From: Candidatus Doudnabacteria bacterium
Lineage (GTDB): Bacteria > Patescibacteriota > Doudnabacteria > UBA920
Assembly: GCA_031291995.1 (NCBI GenBank)
Contig: JARLHZ010000004.1
Location: forward strand, 5,272-69,271
Reading direction: 5' to 3'
Length of the DNA: 64,000 nucleotides
Numbering within the stretch: position 1 is the stretch's first letter; every line of letters starts with the position of its first letter. This document shows, piece after piece, positions 43,379 through 52,074 of the stretch. The notes below the pieces were generated by a model, which did no database searches, had not been told where the DNA came from, and was given only the letters and a program-made list of their open reading frames with translations. The translations under genes and the position numbers were made by a program.

Positions 43379-44122
43379 AAAAAGGGGTCAGGAGCCATTT
43401 ACTAGAAGATAGTTTTGTGGTATCTTTAAAATATGCCCAGATCCCAAAGAGCCGACATAGCCAATATTATTTACCATGTCATCAACCGGTCCAATGCCAG
43501 AATGGCCATTTTTGAAAAAGCCCAGGATTTTCTGGCCTTTTTGGAAGTTTTAAGTGAAGCCAGGGAGAAGTTTCTTGTGGAAGTTCTGGCTTTTTGCATA
43601 ATGCCCAACCATTGGCATTTAATTTTAAAACCTTTAAAATACGGGGAACTGTCCAAGTTTATGGCCTGGCTGACAATGACCCATACCCAGCGCTGGCATG
43701 CCTTTCACCACACCGTCGGCAGCGGCCATTTGTATCAGGGCAGGTACAAGTCTTTTCCGGTTCAAACCGATGAGTATTTTATTCAACTAGTCCGGTATGT
43801 GGAAAGAAACCCATTAAGAGCAAAGTTAGTCAAAAGTGCCGAAGACTGGAAGTGGGGCAGTTTATGGTTAAGGCAGCAGGGGACTTTACAACAAAAGCAA
43901 TTACTCGGTTCCTGGCCCATACCGCCGAGTAAAAATTACCTGAAGTTGGTTAATACTGTTCAACCTATAGCCGAAGTCGACTCTATTAGAACCGCCATTG
44001 CAAAAAACCGACCCTTAGGAGACGACCGCTGGGTACAACGCACGGCTAAGACATTGGGTTTAACATCCTCATTAAGAAACCCGGGTAGGCCAAGAAAAAA
44101 CGGCTCCTGACCCCTTTTTGTT
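43379..44122. mobile_element. IS200/RAYT-like unit: tyrosine (HUH) transposase gene bracketed by 18-bp perfect inverted repeats
   Basis: aaaaaggggtcaggagcc at 43379-43396, and ggctcctgacccctttttg at 44104-44122 overlapping the stop codon. Confidence 0.6.
43433..44110 (+). CDS. REP-associated tyrosine transposase (RAYT) / IS200-like HUH transposase
   Basis: HUH motif MPNHWHLIL, a conserved Y in RYVERNP, and the typical N-terminus YHVINRSNARMAIF. Confidence 0.75.
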   Translation: MPRSQRADIANIIYHVINRSNARMAIFEKAQDFLAFLEVLSEAREKFLVEVLAFCIMPNHWHLILKPLKYGELSKFMAWLTMTHTQRWHAFHHTVGSGHLYQGRYKSFPVQTDEYFIQLVRYVERNPLRAKLVKSAEDWKWGSLWLRQQGTLQQKQLLGSWPIPPSKNYLKLVNTVQPIAEVDSIRTAIAKNRPLGDDRWVQRTAKTLGLTSSLRNPGRPRKNGS

Positions 44123-44316
44123 CCTCAACCTCCTGCCGATATGAACGATAAAGTTTCCCGGACTTTCAACCCCAAATCACATAGTGTGCGAGTACTCGGA
44201 GATTAAAAGTTATGAAATTCGCAAATTGTCAGGAAACACTAAACTGGCTAAAAAACTGCGGAGAAAAAATACGACAGCTTGAACATAACCGTTATTTTTT
44301 CGCAAAAGAAAAACCC

Positions 44317-44574
44317 TCAAAGGGGTTTGGTTAAGCTGTCAGTTAACATAGTTTTTATCGTTGTTCTGCCTTTGGCGGTTTTTAAGTACATCTCCCGTCT
44401 TTTTGCGTCTTTGGTTGAGATATAAGCTTCATAAAACAGCAACTTCCATGGCCTGTAGGGTTTTGTTGCTATGGATAAGCCATCGTTGTGTTGCCTGAAC
44501 CTTTGCCGTAGGTCAGTCGTATATCCGATGTATAACCTACCTTTGAGGTTGCGTAAGATATAAACGTAAAACAT
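44317..44574 (-). CDS. GIY-YIG domain protein (small, UPF0213-like)
   Basis: MFYVYILRNLKGRLYIGYTTDLRQRFRQHN...Y is the GIY-YIG signature. Confidence 0.75.
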   Translation of the reverse strand: MFYVYILRNLKGRLYIGYTTDLRQRFRQHNDGLSIATKPYRPWKLLFYEAYISTKDAKRREMYLKTAKGRTTIKTMLTDSLTKPL

Positions 44575-44613
44575 ATTTGTTTTTTATGCCCCCCAACAGT
44601 TTAGTGTTGGGTT

Positions 44614-44730
44614 TGGTATCCCAGCACCATTCGGTGCGGGATTACCACGGCACCAGCCCGTGGCTAATTTACACTGGTTTAAAGGATTGGTCGCAAGCGG
44701 TTGGCTACGGCCACGCACCGAATGGTGCCG
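44614..44730 (-). other. structured element: a 15-bp perfect stem enclosing ~80 nt with internal hairpins, between tRNA-Glu and the GIY-YIG gene
   Basis: gcaccattcggtgcg ... cgcaccgaatggtgc. Internal hairpins tggc-cgta-gcca and ccacgg-gctggtg-ccgtgg. Confidence 0.4.
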
Positions 44731-44805
44731 TGGTAGCGCTACCGGGAATCGAACCCGGATTTAGTGGATGAGAACCACTTATCCTAACCATTAGATGATA
44801 GCGCC
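44731..44805 (-). tRNA. tRNA-Glu (anticodon CTC)
   Basis: The reverse complement reads GGCGCTATCATCTAATGGTTAGGATAAGTGGTTCTCATCCACTAAATCCGGGTTCGATTCCCGGTAGCGCTACCA. All four arms pair. Anticodon loop UUCUCAU. Confidence 0.8.
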
Positions 44806-45029
44806 ATATAAGGATTTGTCGGAGCTTTGGTTGATTTACTTGATAATCTCATCAATTTTACCAAATTTTGCGAAAAGCCTCAAGGTATGGCATACTAATA
44901 AAAAGCTTATGCTACTAAAATAACGCTGATAGGCACGCTGATTATGCCGCTGAAACTTCAGGTCGCTTTGATCCTGGCAGTAAGAATCAGTAGTCATTCA
45001 GCGGAAAAAGTACTTATTCGAAACAAAAC

Positions 45030-46271
45030 ATGCCGAAACAAAAGCTGTTTTTTCCCAAGGATTTTTTGTGGGGTGCTTCCACTTCGGGGCATCAGACAGA
45101 AGGCAACAACACCAACAGTGATTGGTGGGCTTTTGAACATAGCCAGCGCCGGGAGGCAGTGCTTAAGGCAGCGGGGAAAAATATTCCTGACTATCAAAGC
45201 GGTATTGCCTGTGACAGCTACAATAGGTATGACGAAGATTTCGCTTTAGCCCAGCATCTTAACCATAACGCCACGCGTATTGGCATTGAATGGGCGAGAA
45301 TTGAACCGGAAGAAGGAAAATTTTCCGAAAAAGAACTGGCTCATTACGAAAAAGTTTTGCAATCGGCCAAATTCCACGGTCTGCAGACTTTTGTCACGTT
45401 GCACCACTATACATTGCCCAAGTGGCTGGCCGATAAGGGCGGATTTTTAAACCCGGCCTCCGTAGGATTGTTCGCCCGCTACGTGTCCGCGGTCTCGCGG
45501 CGGCTTAACCAGTATACCGATTTTTGGTTGACAATAAACGAGCCGGAAGTTTACGCCACACACTCTTATTTATTGGGCCGATATCCGCCCAAGAAAAAAA
45601 GCCTGTTTAAAACATTGAAGGTGGTAAATAATTTGGTTGATGCCCATAACCAGGCCGCGAAAATTTTAAAATTTGAAACCGGCAAACCGGTGAGTATGGC
45701 CTATCAGCTGTCCGATTTGGAACCTTCCGGATTTTTCAGCCATTTTACCCATTTTTTGGCGGAATATTTGGCTAATGAATATATTATAAACCGGACCATC
45801 GGCACCTGCGATTTTATTGGGGTAAACTATTACATCCACCATCACATTGGTTTTTGGGGTATCAGGAAACACAGCCATAGTAAGCATGAACAAAACGATT
45901 TAGGATGGGGGATACATCCCGACGGTTTGGAACGCCTGCTGGTCAATTTGAAAAAACACAATAAGCCAATTTACATTACCGAGAACGGGATTGCCGACTC
46001 AAAGGACATTAAAAGGGAAAAATTCATTAAAGACCATTTATACCATGTGCACTGCGCCATACAAAAAGGCGTGGACGTGCGCGGTTATTTATACTGGTCG
46101 TTAATCGACAACTTCGAGTGGTTACACGGTTTTTGGCCGCGGTTTGGGCTGGTTGAAATCGACCGGGAAGACTTGCTTCGCCGGAAGGTCCGTTACAGCG
46201 CTTTAAAGTACGCGGAAATTTGCCGGACCAATTGTTTGGAAGTGGATGCGTCCCAAGTGCATAACATATAA
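45030..46271 (+). CDS. glycoside hydrolase family 1 beta-glucosidase
   Basis: FLWGASTSGHQTEGNN, TINEPEVY (acid/base), YITENGIAD (nucleophile). Confidence 0.8.
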   Translation: MPKQKLFFPKDFLWGASTSGHQTEGNNTNSDWWAFEHSQRREAVLKAAGKNIPDYQSGIACDSYNRYDEDFALAQHLNHNATRIGIEWARIEPEEGKFSEKELAHYEKVLQSAKFHGLQTFVTLHHYTLPKWLADKGGFLNPASVGLFARYVSAVSRRLNQYTDFWLTINEPEVYATHSYLLGRYPPKKKSLFKTLKVVNNLVDAHNQAAKILKFETGKPVSMAYQLSDLEPSGFFSHFTHFLAEYLANEYIINRTIGTCDFIGVNYYIHHHIGFWGIRKHSHSKHEQNDLGWGIHPDGLERLLVNLKKHNKPIYITENGIADSKDIKREKFIKDHLYHVHCAIQKGVDVRGYLYWSLIDNFEWLHGFWPRFGLVEIDREDLLRRKVRYSALKYAEICRTNCLEVDASQVHNI

Positions 46272-46273
46272 TA

Positions 46274-47161
46274 ATGATTACGCTGCTTACAATCTTCCAA
46301 TATCTTATCCAGGCCGTGGTGGACTTAATGGATAAGTTTTTAATTACGGCGCGCAAACTGGAGCCGGTGAAGTATACCTTTTATACGGTTGCGACGGGCG
46401 CCTTGCTGGCCGTATTGTGGCCCTGGAATTTTGCCGTTATCCCGTTGAAGTTTATAGTTTTGGATTTATTTTCCGGCGCTTTTTTTAGCCTGGCAATGTA
46501 TGTATTTTTTGTGGCCTTGTCTCAGGGCGAAGTTTCCCGCGTGGTGCCGTTTGTGTTTGGCCTGGTTCCGGTATTTGACGTGGTTATTTCCCTAATTACC
46601 GGCCACAATAGTTTGCGGATCAATGAGCTTGCCGCGGTATGCCTGCTTATTCCCGGAGCGCTGCTGATTTCCCATCAAAAACACGCCGGTTGGATAAAGC
46701 ATGCCGGCCTTAAAGTTTTAAGCGCGCTGCTGTTCAGTGTTTATTACGCATTGTGGCAATTCGGGGCGCAAAGCGGCCCCGTGCTGAACAATTTGATTTG
46801 GAACAGGCTGGGCGCCGCCGCGATTTTAGTTTTGCTGCTGTTGGTTCCGGTTTTTAGGAAAAAAGTTTTTTCGATAGATGAAGTAAAAAATCGCGCCAAC
46901 ACCTCGTTTTTATTTTTATTTAAACAGGTTTTGGGAGGTGCGAATTTTATATTTTTGAGCTTTCTATTTGTGGTCGGGAAAATTTCGATAATTAACGCCC
47001 TGCAAGGCTTTCGTTACGCGTTTTTGCTGTTATTGAGTTTTCTGCTGGCCCGCCACCATATGCATTTAATGGATGAAAAAACCGACCGAAAGGTGGTAAT
47101 TCAAAAAACCGCGGGAATAATTTTAATATTTATCGGCACGGTCTTATTGTTTGTGACGTAG
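46274..47161 (+). CDS. polytopic membrane protein (DMT/EamA-like?)
   Basis: About 9-10 predicted TM helices. No specific motifs recognised. Confidence 0.3.
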   Translation: MITLLTIFQYLIQAVVDLMDKFLITARKLEPVKYTFYTVATGALLAVLWPWNFAVIPLKFIVLDLFSGAFFSLAMYVFFVALSQGEVSRVVPFVFGLVPVFDVVISLITGHNSLRINELAAVCLLIPGALLISHQKHAGWIKHAGLKVLSALLFSVYYALWQFGAQSGPVLNNLIWNRLGAAAILVLLLLVPVFRKKVFSIDEVKNRANTSFLFLFKQVLGGANFIFLSFLFVVGKISIINALQGFRYAFLLLLSFLLARHHMHLMDEKTDRKVVIQKTAGIILIFIGTVLLFVT

Positions 47162-47169
47162 TTTATAGT

Positions 47170-47285
47170 TGTGTCATCCCGAGCCGGAACATTACAGGGA
47201 TCAAAGGCGAGGGATCCCTTAACGCGAGATAATCGATTAATTTTAGGGATTCCTCAGTCGGCCGCACTCCTTCGGAATGACACAG
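47170..47285. mobile_element. MITE-like element copy (TGTCATCCCG family) with inverted termini
   Basis: tgtgtcatcccgagccgg ... ccttcggaatgacacag. Internal gggatcaaaggcgagggatccc. Confidence 0.55.
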
Positions 47286-47298
47286 TAAAAAATCTAAA

Positions 47299-48288
47299 AT
47301 GAAAAAAAGCGTTATCGTTATTCTTATAGTTATCGTTGCCGCTATCCTTGGCCTGTATTGGTATGGCAAACCTAAAGCGGGGCCGATTACCTATGGCGTG
47401 ACTTTTAGCGTGCCCGACGCCCAAAGTTTGGGGCTCGACTGGAAGCAGGCTTACGCGGCCACGCTGACCGATTTGAACGTTAAGCTCATACGCATTCCGG
47501 TTTATTGGGACGAAGTGGAAAATTCCGAGGGGCAATATAATTTTGGCGACATTGATTATATGGTAAACCTGGCCGAGCAAAATCATGCCCAGGTTATTTT
47601 GGGCATTGGCAAGCGACTGCCGCGGTGGCCGGAGTGCCATGAGCCCGACTGGGCCGGGAAACTTTCGGCGGACGCGCAACAGACCGCGCAATTGTCCTAT
47701 ATGGAAACCGTTGTGAACCGTTATTTGGATAATTCGGCTGTCAGCACCTGGCAGGTGGAAAACGAACCGTTTTTGGCATCCTTCGGCCCGTGTCCGTTGC
47801 TGGATGAGAATTTTTTTGCCACGGAAATTGCCACGGTTAAAAAGCTGGATCCGTCGCGGCCGATTTTGGTTACCGACAGCGGGGAGCTTGATTGGTGGAT
47901 AAAAGCAAGTAAGTACGGCGATGAATTTGGGACGACGTTTTACCGATACGTATATTCTGACGTGCTGAAGCGCTATTGGACTAATTTTTACTTTGCGCCC
48001 TTTGTATACAATATAAAAGCGGGTATAATGAAATTAGCGCACCCGGGAAAACCGGTACAAATAGCGGAGCTTGAAGCCGAGCCCTGGACAACGGCCGGAA
48101 TAACTTCCACGCCCATAGACCAGCAATTCGGCACCATGAGCCTGGATCATTTTAAAACCATAACCCGCCTGGCGGCACAAACCGGCTTTTCCCCGCAAAT
48201 TTTGTGGGGCGTGGAATGGTGGTATTGGATGAAGACCACGCAGGGGCATCCGGAATTTTGGAACGCGGCTAAGGAATTAATTAAATAA
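47299..48288 (+). CDS. secreted/membrane-anchored glycoside hydrolase (TIM-barrel, GH5-like NEP motif)
   Basis: N-terminal TM. The catalytic-acid-like motif WQVENEPF. No closer family assignment. Confidence 0.45.
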   Translation: MKKSVIVILIVIVAAILGLYWYGKPKAGPITYGVTFSVPDAQSLGLDWKQAYAATLTDLNVKLIRIPVYWDEVENSEGQYNFGDIDYMVNLAEQNHAQVILGIGKRLPRWPECHEPDWAGKLSADAQQTAQLSYMETVVNRYLDNSAVSTWQVENEPFLASFGPCPLLDENFFATEIATVKKLDPSRPILVTDSGELDWWIKASKYGDEFGTTFYRYVYSDVLKRYWTNFYFAPFVYNIKAGIMKLAHPGKPVQIAELEAEPWTTAGITSTPIDQQFGTMSLDHFKTITRLAAQTGFSPQILWGVEWWYWMKTTQGHPEFWNAAKELIK

Positions 48289-48471
48289 AATTGCCCAAGA
48301 TTAAATAAAACTAAATAAAGGTTCCCCGCCGCAAGCAGCGGGGTATTACTGCAAAGACATCGCTACAATTGCGCGGCGAGCCGCGCGGTATTGAACCTGT
48401 ATTATCTCCTCGGCTCGCTCGGCCATAAATGGCCGGACTCGCTCTACGTCGCTAATAAAATTTGCTACAAA

Positions 48472-48516
48472 TCAATTTTACTTAATTTTACTTAATTTTA
48501 GTAATTTTACTTAATG
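48472..48516. repeat. short tandem direct repeats (ttttacttaat x3-4)
   Basis: tcaattttacttaattttacttaattttagtaattttacttaatg immediately upstream of the ROK gene. Confidence 0.6.
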
Positions 48517-48521
48517 AATTT

Positions 48522-49283
48522 ATGAACATAATCGGCCTGGACATCGGCGGAACAAAAATTACCGGGGCGGTTTATGACGGTAAAAAAGCCGTTGAAGAAC
48601 TTACCATTGTCACGCCGAAAAATTTGTTTGAATTTGAGCGCAACATAATTAAGTTGGTGGATTTTTTGTCGGCCAAACAAAAAATTGCCGGCGTCGGCAT
48701 AGGCATGGCTGGACTGGTGGACTCCAAATCGGGTATTGTCAGGCATTCGCCGAATATCAAATATATAAAAGATTTTAATTTGGTTAATCTGTTTAAACTG
48801 AACGGTGTAAAAAAAATTAAAATTGATAACGATGCAAGTTGTTTTGCCAGGGCGGAACTATTGACGGGGCAGGGGAGAGGCTCGCAGAATTTTTTGGCTA
48901 TAACTTTGGGTACGGGTATTGGCGGCGGCATAGTGATTGCGCGGAAGTTGTATCGCGGATCCGATAACTTTGGCGGCGAGTTGGGACACGCGATTGTCGG
49001 CGACGGATTTTTTGAAGAAAACTTTAAAAAATTCCGCGACAAGCGGGATTTTAAAAGCGCCGGTGTGTTAATTGGCAAAGCCTGCGCGTCTTTTGTAAAT
49101 ATTTTTTCTCCCGAAGCCATAATCATTGGCGGCGGATTCGGACATAACGAAAGCAAAAAATATCTGCCATACGCCAAACGGGAAATTAAGAAATATCTTT
49201 TTAACGAAAAATCGCAAGTTAAAATATTGATTACACAATTAAAAAACCCCGGCGCCCTGGGCGCCGCGCTAATGTATCATTAA
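48522..49283 (+). CDS. ROK-family sugar kinase (glucokinase-like)
   Basis: IGLDIGGTKITGAVYDG and the LGTGIGGGIV motif. Confidence 0.7.
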   Translation: MNIIGLDIGGTKITGAVYDGKKAVEELTIVTPKNLFEFERNIIKLVDFLSAKQKIAGVGIGMAGLVDSKSGIVRHSPNIKYIKDFNLVNLFKLNGVKKIKIDNDASCFARAELLTGQGRGSQNFLAITLGTGIGGGIVIARKLYRGSDNFGGELGHAIVGDGFFEENFKKFRDKRDFKSAGVLIGKACASFVNIFSPEAIIIGGGFGHNESKKYLPYAKREIKKYLFNEKSQVKILITQLKNPGALGAALMYH

Positions 49284-49288
49284 TTTAT

Positions 49289-49411
49289 ATGAAGAAAATT
49301 ATAATAATTTTGGGCCTTTTAACATTAATGGCGGCGGGATGCGCCAAAGTGCAGCTTCAACAAAACGTGCCGACATCGCCGGCCGCGTCTTACGAGGAGC
49401 TGCCGAAATAA
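49289..49411 (+). CDS. small lipoprotein (40 aa, not in supplied ORF track)
   Basis: MKKIIIILGLLTLMAAGCAKVQ has a lipobox-like LMAAGC. Confidence 0.3.
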   Translation: MKKIIIILGLLTLMAAGCAKVQLQQNVPTSPAASYEELPK

Positions 49412-49412
49412 T

Positions 49413-49754
49413 ATGAATGAATTTCGTAAAGTAATTAAACATATAAATGTGGAAGCTAATGAAGCCAAGCGCTCGGGAAAAGAGCCGTTCCAAAAAATGC
49501 CCGTGGATTTTAAAGGTTTTGTTGAATCGGCGAGAAACCAAAAGGAGCTTTGGCGTGGGTGGGTGTCCGAACAGAACATTACCCGGCTTTTAGCGGGGAA
49601 CCCCGGTGAATTATATGTTGTAATAGAAGGCCGAACTAAAGGTGAGTTGAAGGACTTTTTGAAATATTTGGACGATGTTCTTCCGGATATGGATGAAATT
49701 CCGGACGAAACTGCTAAATTTTGGGAAACGCTTAGAAGTCAGGCAGAGAGTTAA
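49413..49754 (+). CDS. hypothetical protein
   Basis: 113-aa ORF with no family recognised. Confidence 0.35.
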   Translation: MNEFRKVIKHINVEANEAKRSGKEPFQKMPVDFKGFVESARNQKELWRGWVSEQNITRLLAGNPGELYVVIEGRTKGELKDFLKYLDDVLPDMDEIPDETAKFWETLRSQAES

Positions 49755-49829
49755 AATAATTGTACAAAACCCGCCAAGAGTATGGCGGGTTTTGAACGGA
49801 TTTATTCGCGTAAATTTGGGTATCATTAT

Positions 49830-50678
49830 CTATTCTTCTTCATCGGCGTCTTCGTCTTCGGCGTCGCTGTCCTCTGTCGCCGCTTTGTCACCAAATTTTC
49901 CATATTCACCGGGCTGTGCCAATTCGGCCGGGGCGGCGATTTCGGGATTTATTTCCGGCTTTATCGCAGGAGGCTGATTATTTAATTCCGATTGTATGAC
50001 GGTTTCTTCCGGCGCGGATACTGCCATTTGTGAATTATCGGGATGTTCAAGAATTGGCGTAACGGATATCGGATCCCTTGAAGCTGGGGCGGCAACCAAC
50101 GGGACATCCGGAGGATTATCGATAGTCATAGCTTCCTGGTTTAATCCCGGCGTTTCCGGCAGTTTAATTTGGCTGACAAGTTTTTCGAATTCCGGCAGTT
50201 CGCCGACCGATTGCAGACCAAGGTTCATCAGAAATTCCGTGGTGGTTTGGTACAAAAAACTGCGCGCGTCGTGCGGGTTGGGGATTTTTTCTATGAGTCC
50301 TCTCATAAGCAAACTGCGGACGCTGTATTGGGAGTTTACCCCTCTTATGGCCTCGATTTCCGCTTTGGAAATCGGCTGGCGGTAGGCGATTATAGCGAGG
50401 ACTTCCACTGTGGCGTCGGTCAGTTTTTCCCGTAATTCGGCGTTTAGGAAATTTTTTACCTGGGGGGAATATTTGCTGTTGGTCGATAATTGAAATTCGC
50501 CGTTGTTATCGAGCAGGACAATCCCGTCGTCTTTTTTCCGTTCGGCCAAATTGGCCAGCGCCTGCTGGACGGCAGACTCTTCCAATTCCAAAATTTTTGC
50601 CAGCTCCCTGGCTTTCAACGGCTTGCCGGCTACAAAGAGTATGGCTTCCAAAGTTTTTATCAGGTGTTCCTGTTCCAT
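49830..50678 (-). CDS. scpB: segregation and condensation protein B with an acidic C-terminal extension
   Basis: LIKTLEAILFVAGKPLKARELAKIL ... VEVLAIIAYRQPISKAEIEAIRGVNSQYSVRSLLMRGLI. Confidence 0.8.
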   Translation of the reverse strand: MEQEHLIKTLEAILFVAGKPLKARELAKILELEESAVQQALANLAERKKDDGIVLLDNNGEFQLSTNSKYSPQVKNFLNAELREKLTDATVEVLAIIAYRQPISKAEIEAIRGVNSQYSVRSLLMRGLIEKIPNPHDARSFLYQTTTEFLMNLGLQSVGELPEFEKLVSQIKLPETPGLNQEAMTIDNPPDVPLVAAPASRDPISVTPILEHPDNSQMAVSAPEETVIQSELNNQPPAIKPEINPEIAAPAELAQPGEYGKFGDKAATEDSDAEDEDADEEE

Positions 50679-50902
50679 AGTAAAAATAGACCGATAATAA
50701 TTAAGATGAACGCGTAAAATAAAATAGTCGGCTTTCGGCCCAGCAAAGCCGGTACGCTGTCTTTGTCGGGGGTCGGCGGCGCTTTAATCCAGTTATGCTC
50801 TATTAAATAGCCAAAGGTGTGTTTGTAAATATCATCAAATGCCAGGCTGCCGTAGCAAATGCCGGCAAGGAGAAAGATTAGGGCGATTAGGGTTTTGGAC
50901 AT
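50660..50902 (-). CDS. small membrane protein
   Basis: Two TM helices (LIALIFLLAGICYGSLAF, TILFYAFILIIIGLFLLW). Confidence 0.35.
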   Translation of the reverse strand: MSKTLIALIFLLAGICYGSLAFDDIYKHTFGYLIEHNWIKAPPTPDKDSVPALLGRKPTILFYAFILIIIGLFLLWNRNT

Positions 50903-50946
50903 AAAAGATACTGATATACTAATACATACCGATAATACGGATAATA

Positions 50947-51687
50947 CTAATCGTTAGTGCTGTCAGAATTATGTTTCCTAATGACAACGTCCGCGAAAAG
51001 CGTTTCCTGGTCGGCAATAAAAATTTTCTGCTTAATGAGTTCCAACAATGCTAAAAAAGTGATTATAATTTCGCCTTTATTTTTCGCGGTTTTTAGAAGC
51101 TCGCTGAGCTTGGTCTCAATTTTGCCGCTTAACTGGATTTGCAGCTGGTTGATTTTTTCCTGAATGGAAACCGCTTCCTTGAGCTTGGCTTTGGGTAAAT
51201 TATCAAGCTCTTTTAAGCCCTTTAAAACGGTCAGTATCGCGTTATGCAGTTCCTGGGCGGTGGCCGAAGGGTCGGGATAGAAACTGATTTTTTGTTCAAA
51301 AGTAACTTCGCGTATAAAACCTTGCCGGCGGCGCGAGTCCAGTTTTTTTAAATATTTGGCGACTTCCTTAAATTGTTTATATAGCAGGAGCCGTCCTTCC
51401 AAATCAAAACCCGCGTCTTCCTCTTCTTCCTCAATTTCCAAAGTCGGCAAAATGGCCTTGGATTTTATAACCAGCAACTTCGCGGCAATGGATAAATAAT
51501 CTGCCAGGCTTGTCGGGTCAATTTGCTCCAGTTGTTTAATGTATTGGATAAACTGCTCGGTAACTTCGGCTAAGGCTATCTCGGTAATATTAAGCTGCCG
51601 TTGTTCTATAAGCGTCAGCAGTAAATCCAGCGGGCCTTCGAATTGTTTGACTTTGGTGTGGAGCATAAAATATGAAATATGAAGCAT
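50947..51687 (-). CDS. scpA: segregation and condensation protein A
   Basis: FEGPLDLLLTLIEQRQLNITEIALAEVTEQFIQYI is the kleisin ScpA N-terminus. Confidence 0.75.
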   Translation of the reverse strand: MLHISYFMLHTKVKQFEGPLDLLLTLIEQRQLNITEIALAEVTEQFIQYIKQLEQIDPTSLADYLSIAAKLLVIKSKAILPTLEIEEEEEDAGFDLEGRLLLYKQFKEVAKYLKKLDSRRRQGFIREVTFEQKISFYPDPSATAQELHNAILTVLKGLKELDNLPKAKLKEAVSIQEKINQLQIQLSGKIETKLSELLKTAKNKGEIIITFLALLELIKQKIFIADQETLFADVVIRKHNSDSTND

Positions 51688-51702
51688 GAAACATGAAGCA
51701 TG

Positions 51703-52059
51703 TTAAGGCATTCTGCGCAACATACCCCAGAGCATTCTCGCAATTTCTTCCGCTTGTTGATTTAATTCTTGAAAATCTTTTTCCGACATGAATTTTTCGT
51801 CGTGGCAAAAATTTATCAGAAACAGCACTTCTTTTAATGAGCCATAAGAAATTTCAATAAAATTTTTGTGGACTTTTTCTTTAATTCTTGCGTATCCTTC
51901 CGTATAATTTAGAGCAACTGATATAACCGCACGTCTGAATTGAGAAGTAATGCCGTATAATTCATCCTTAGGGAATCCTCTGCAAATTTTGTATGACAAA
52001 TGGCAAAATTCCTTAATTTTGGCCTTCAAATTTTCGTGGTAAGTTTGCTCCATATTCAA
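51703..52059 (-). CDS. four-helix-bundle protein (23S rRNA intervening-sequence protein family), second copy
   Basis: ICRGFPKDELYGITSQFRRAVISVALNYTEGYAR...FIEISYGSLKEV. Confidence 0.75.
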   Translation of the reverse strand: MNMEQTYHENLKAKIKEFCHLSYKICRGFPKDELYGITSQFRRAVISVALNYTEGYARIKEKVHKNFIEISYGSLKEVLFLINFCHDEKFMSEKDFQELNQQAEEIARMLWGMLRRMP

Positions 52060-52074
52060 TGGGTGTTTCGAGCT

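Noticed and set aside
44212-44316. Possible short ORF (MKFANCQETLNWLKNCGEKIRQLEHNRYFFAKEKPSKGFG) upstream of the GIY-YIG gene
   Set aside because: About 40 codons with no recognisable family or RBS. Cannot be supported from sequence alone.
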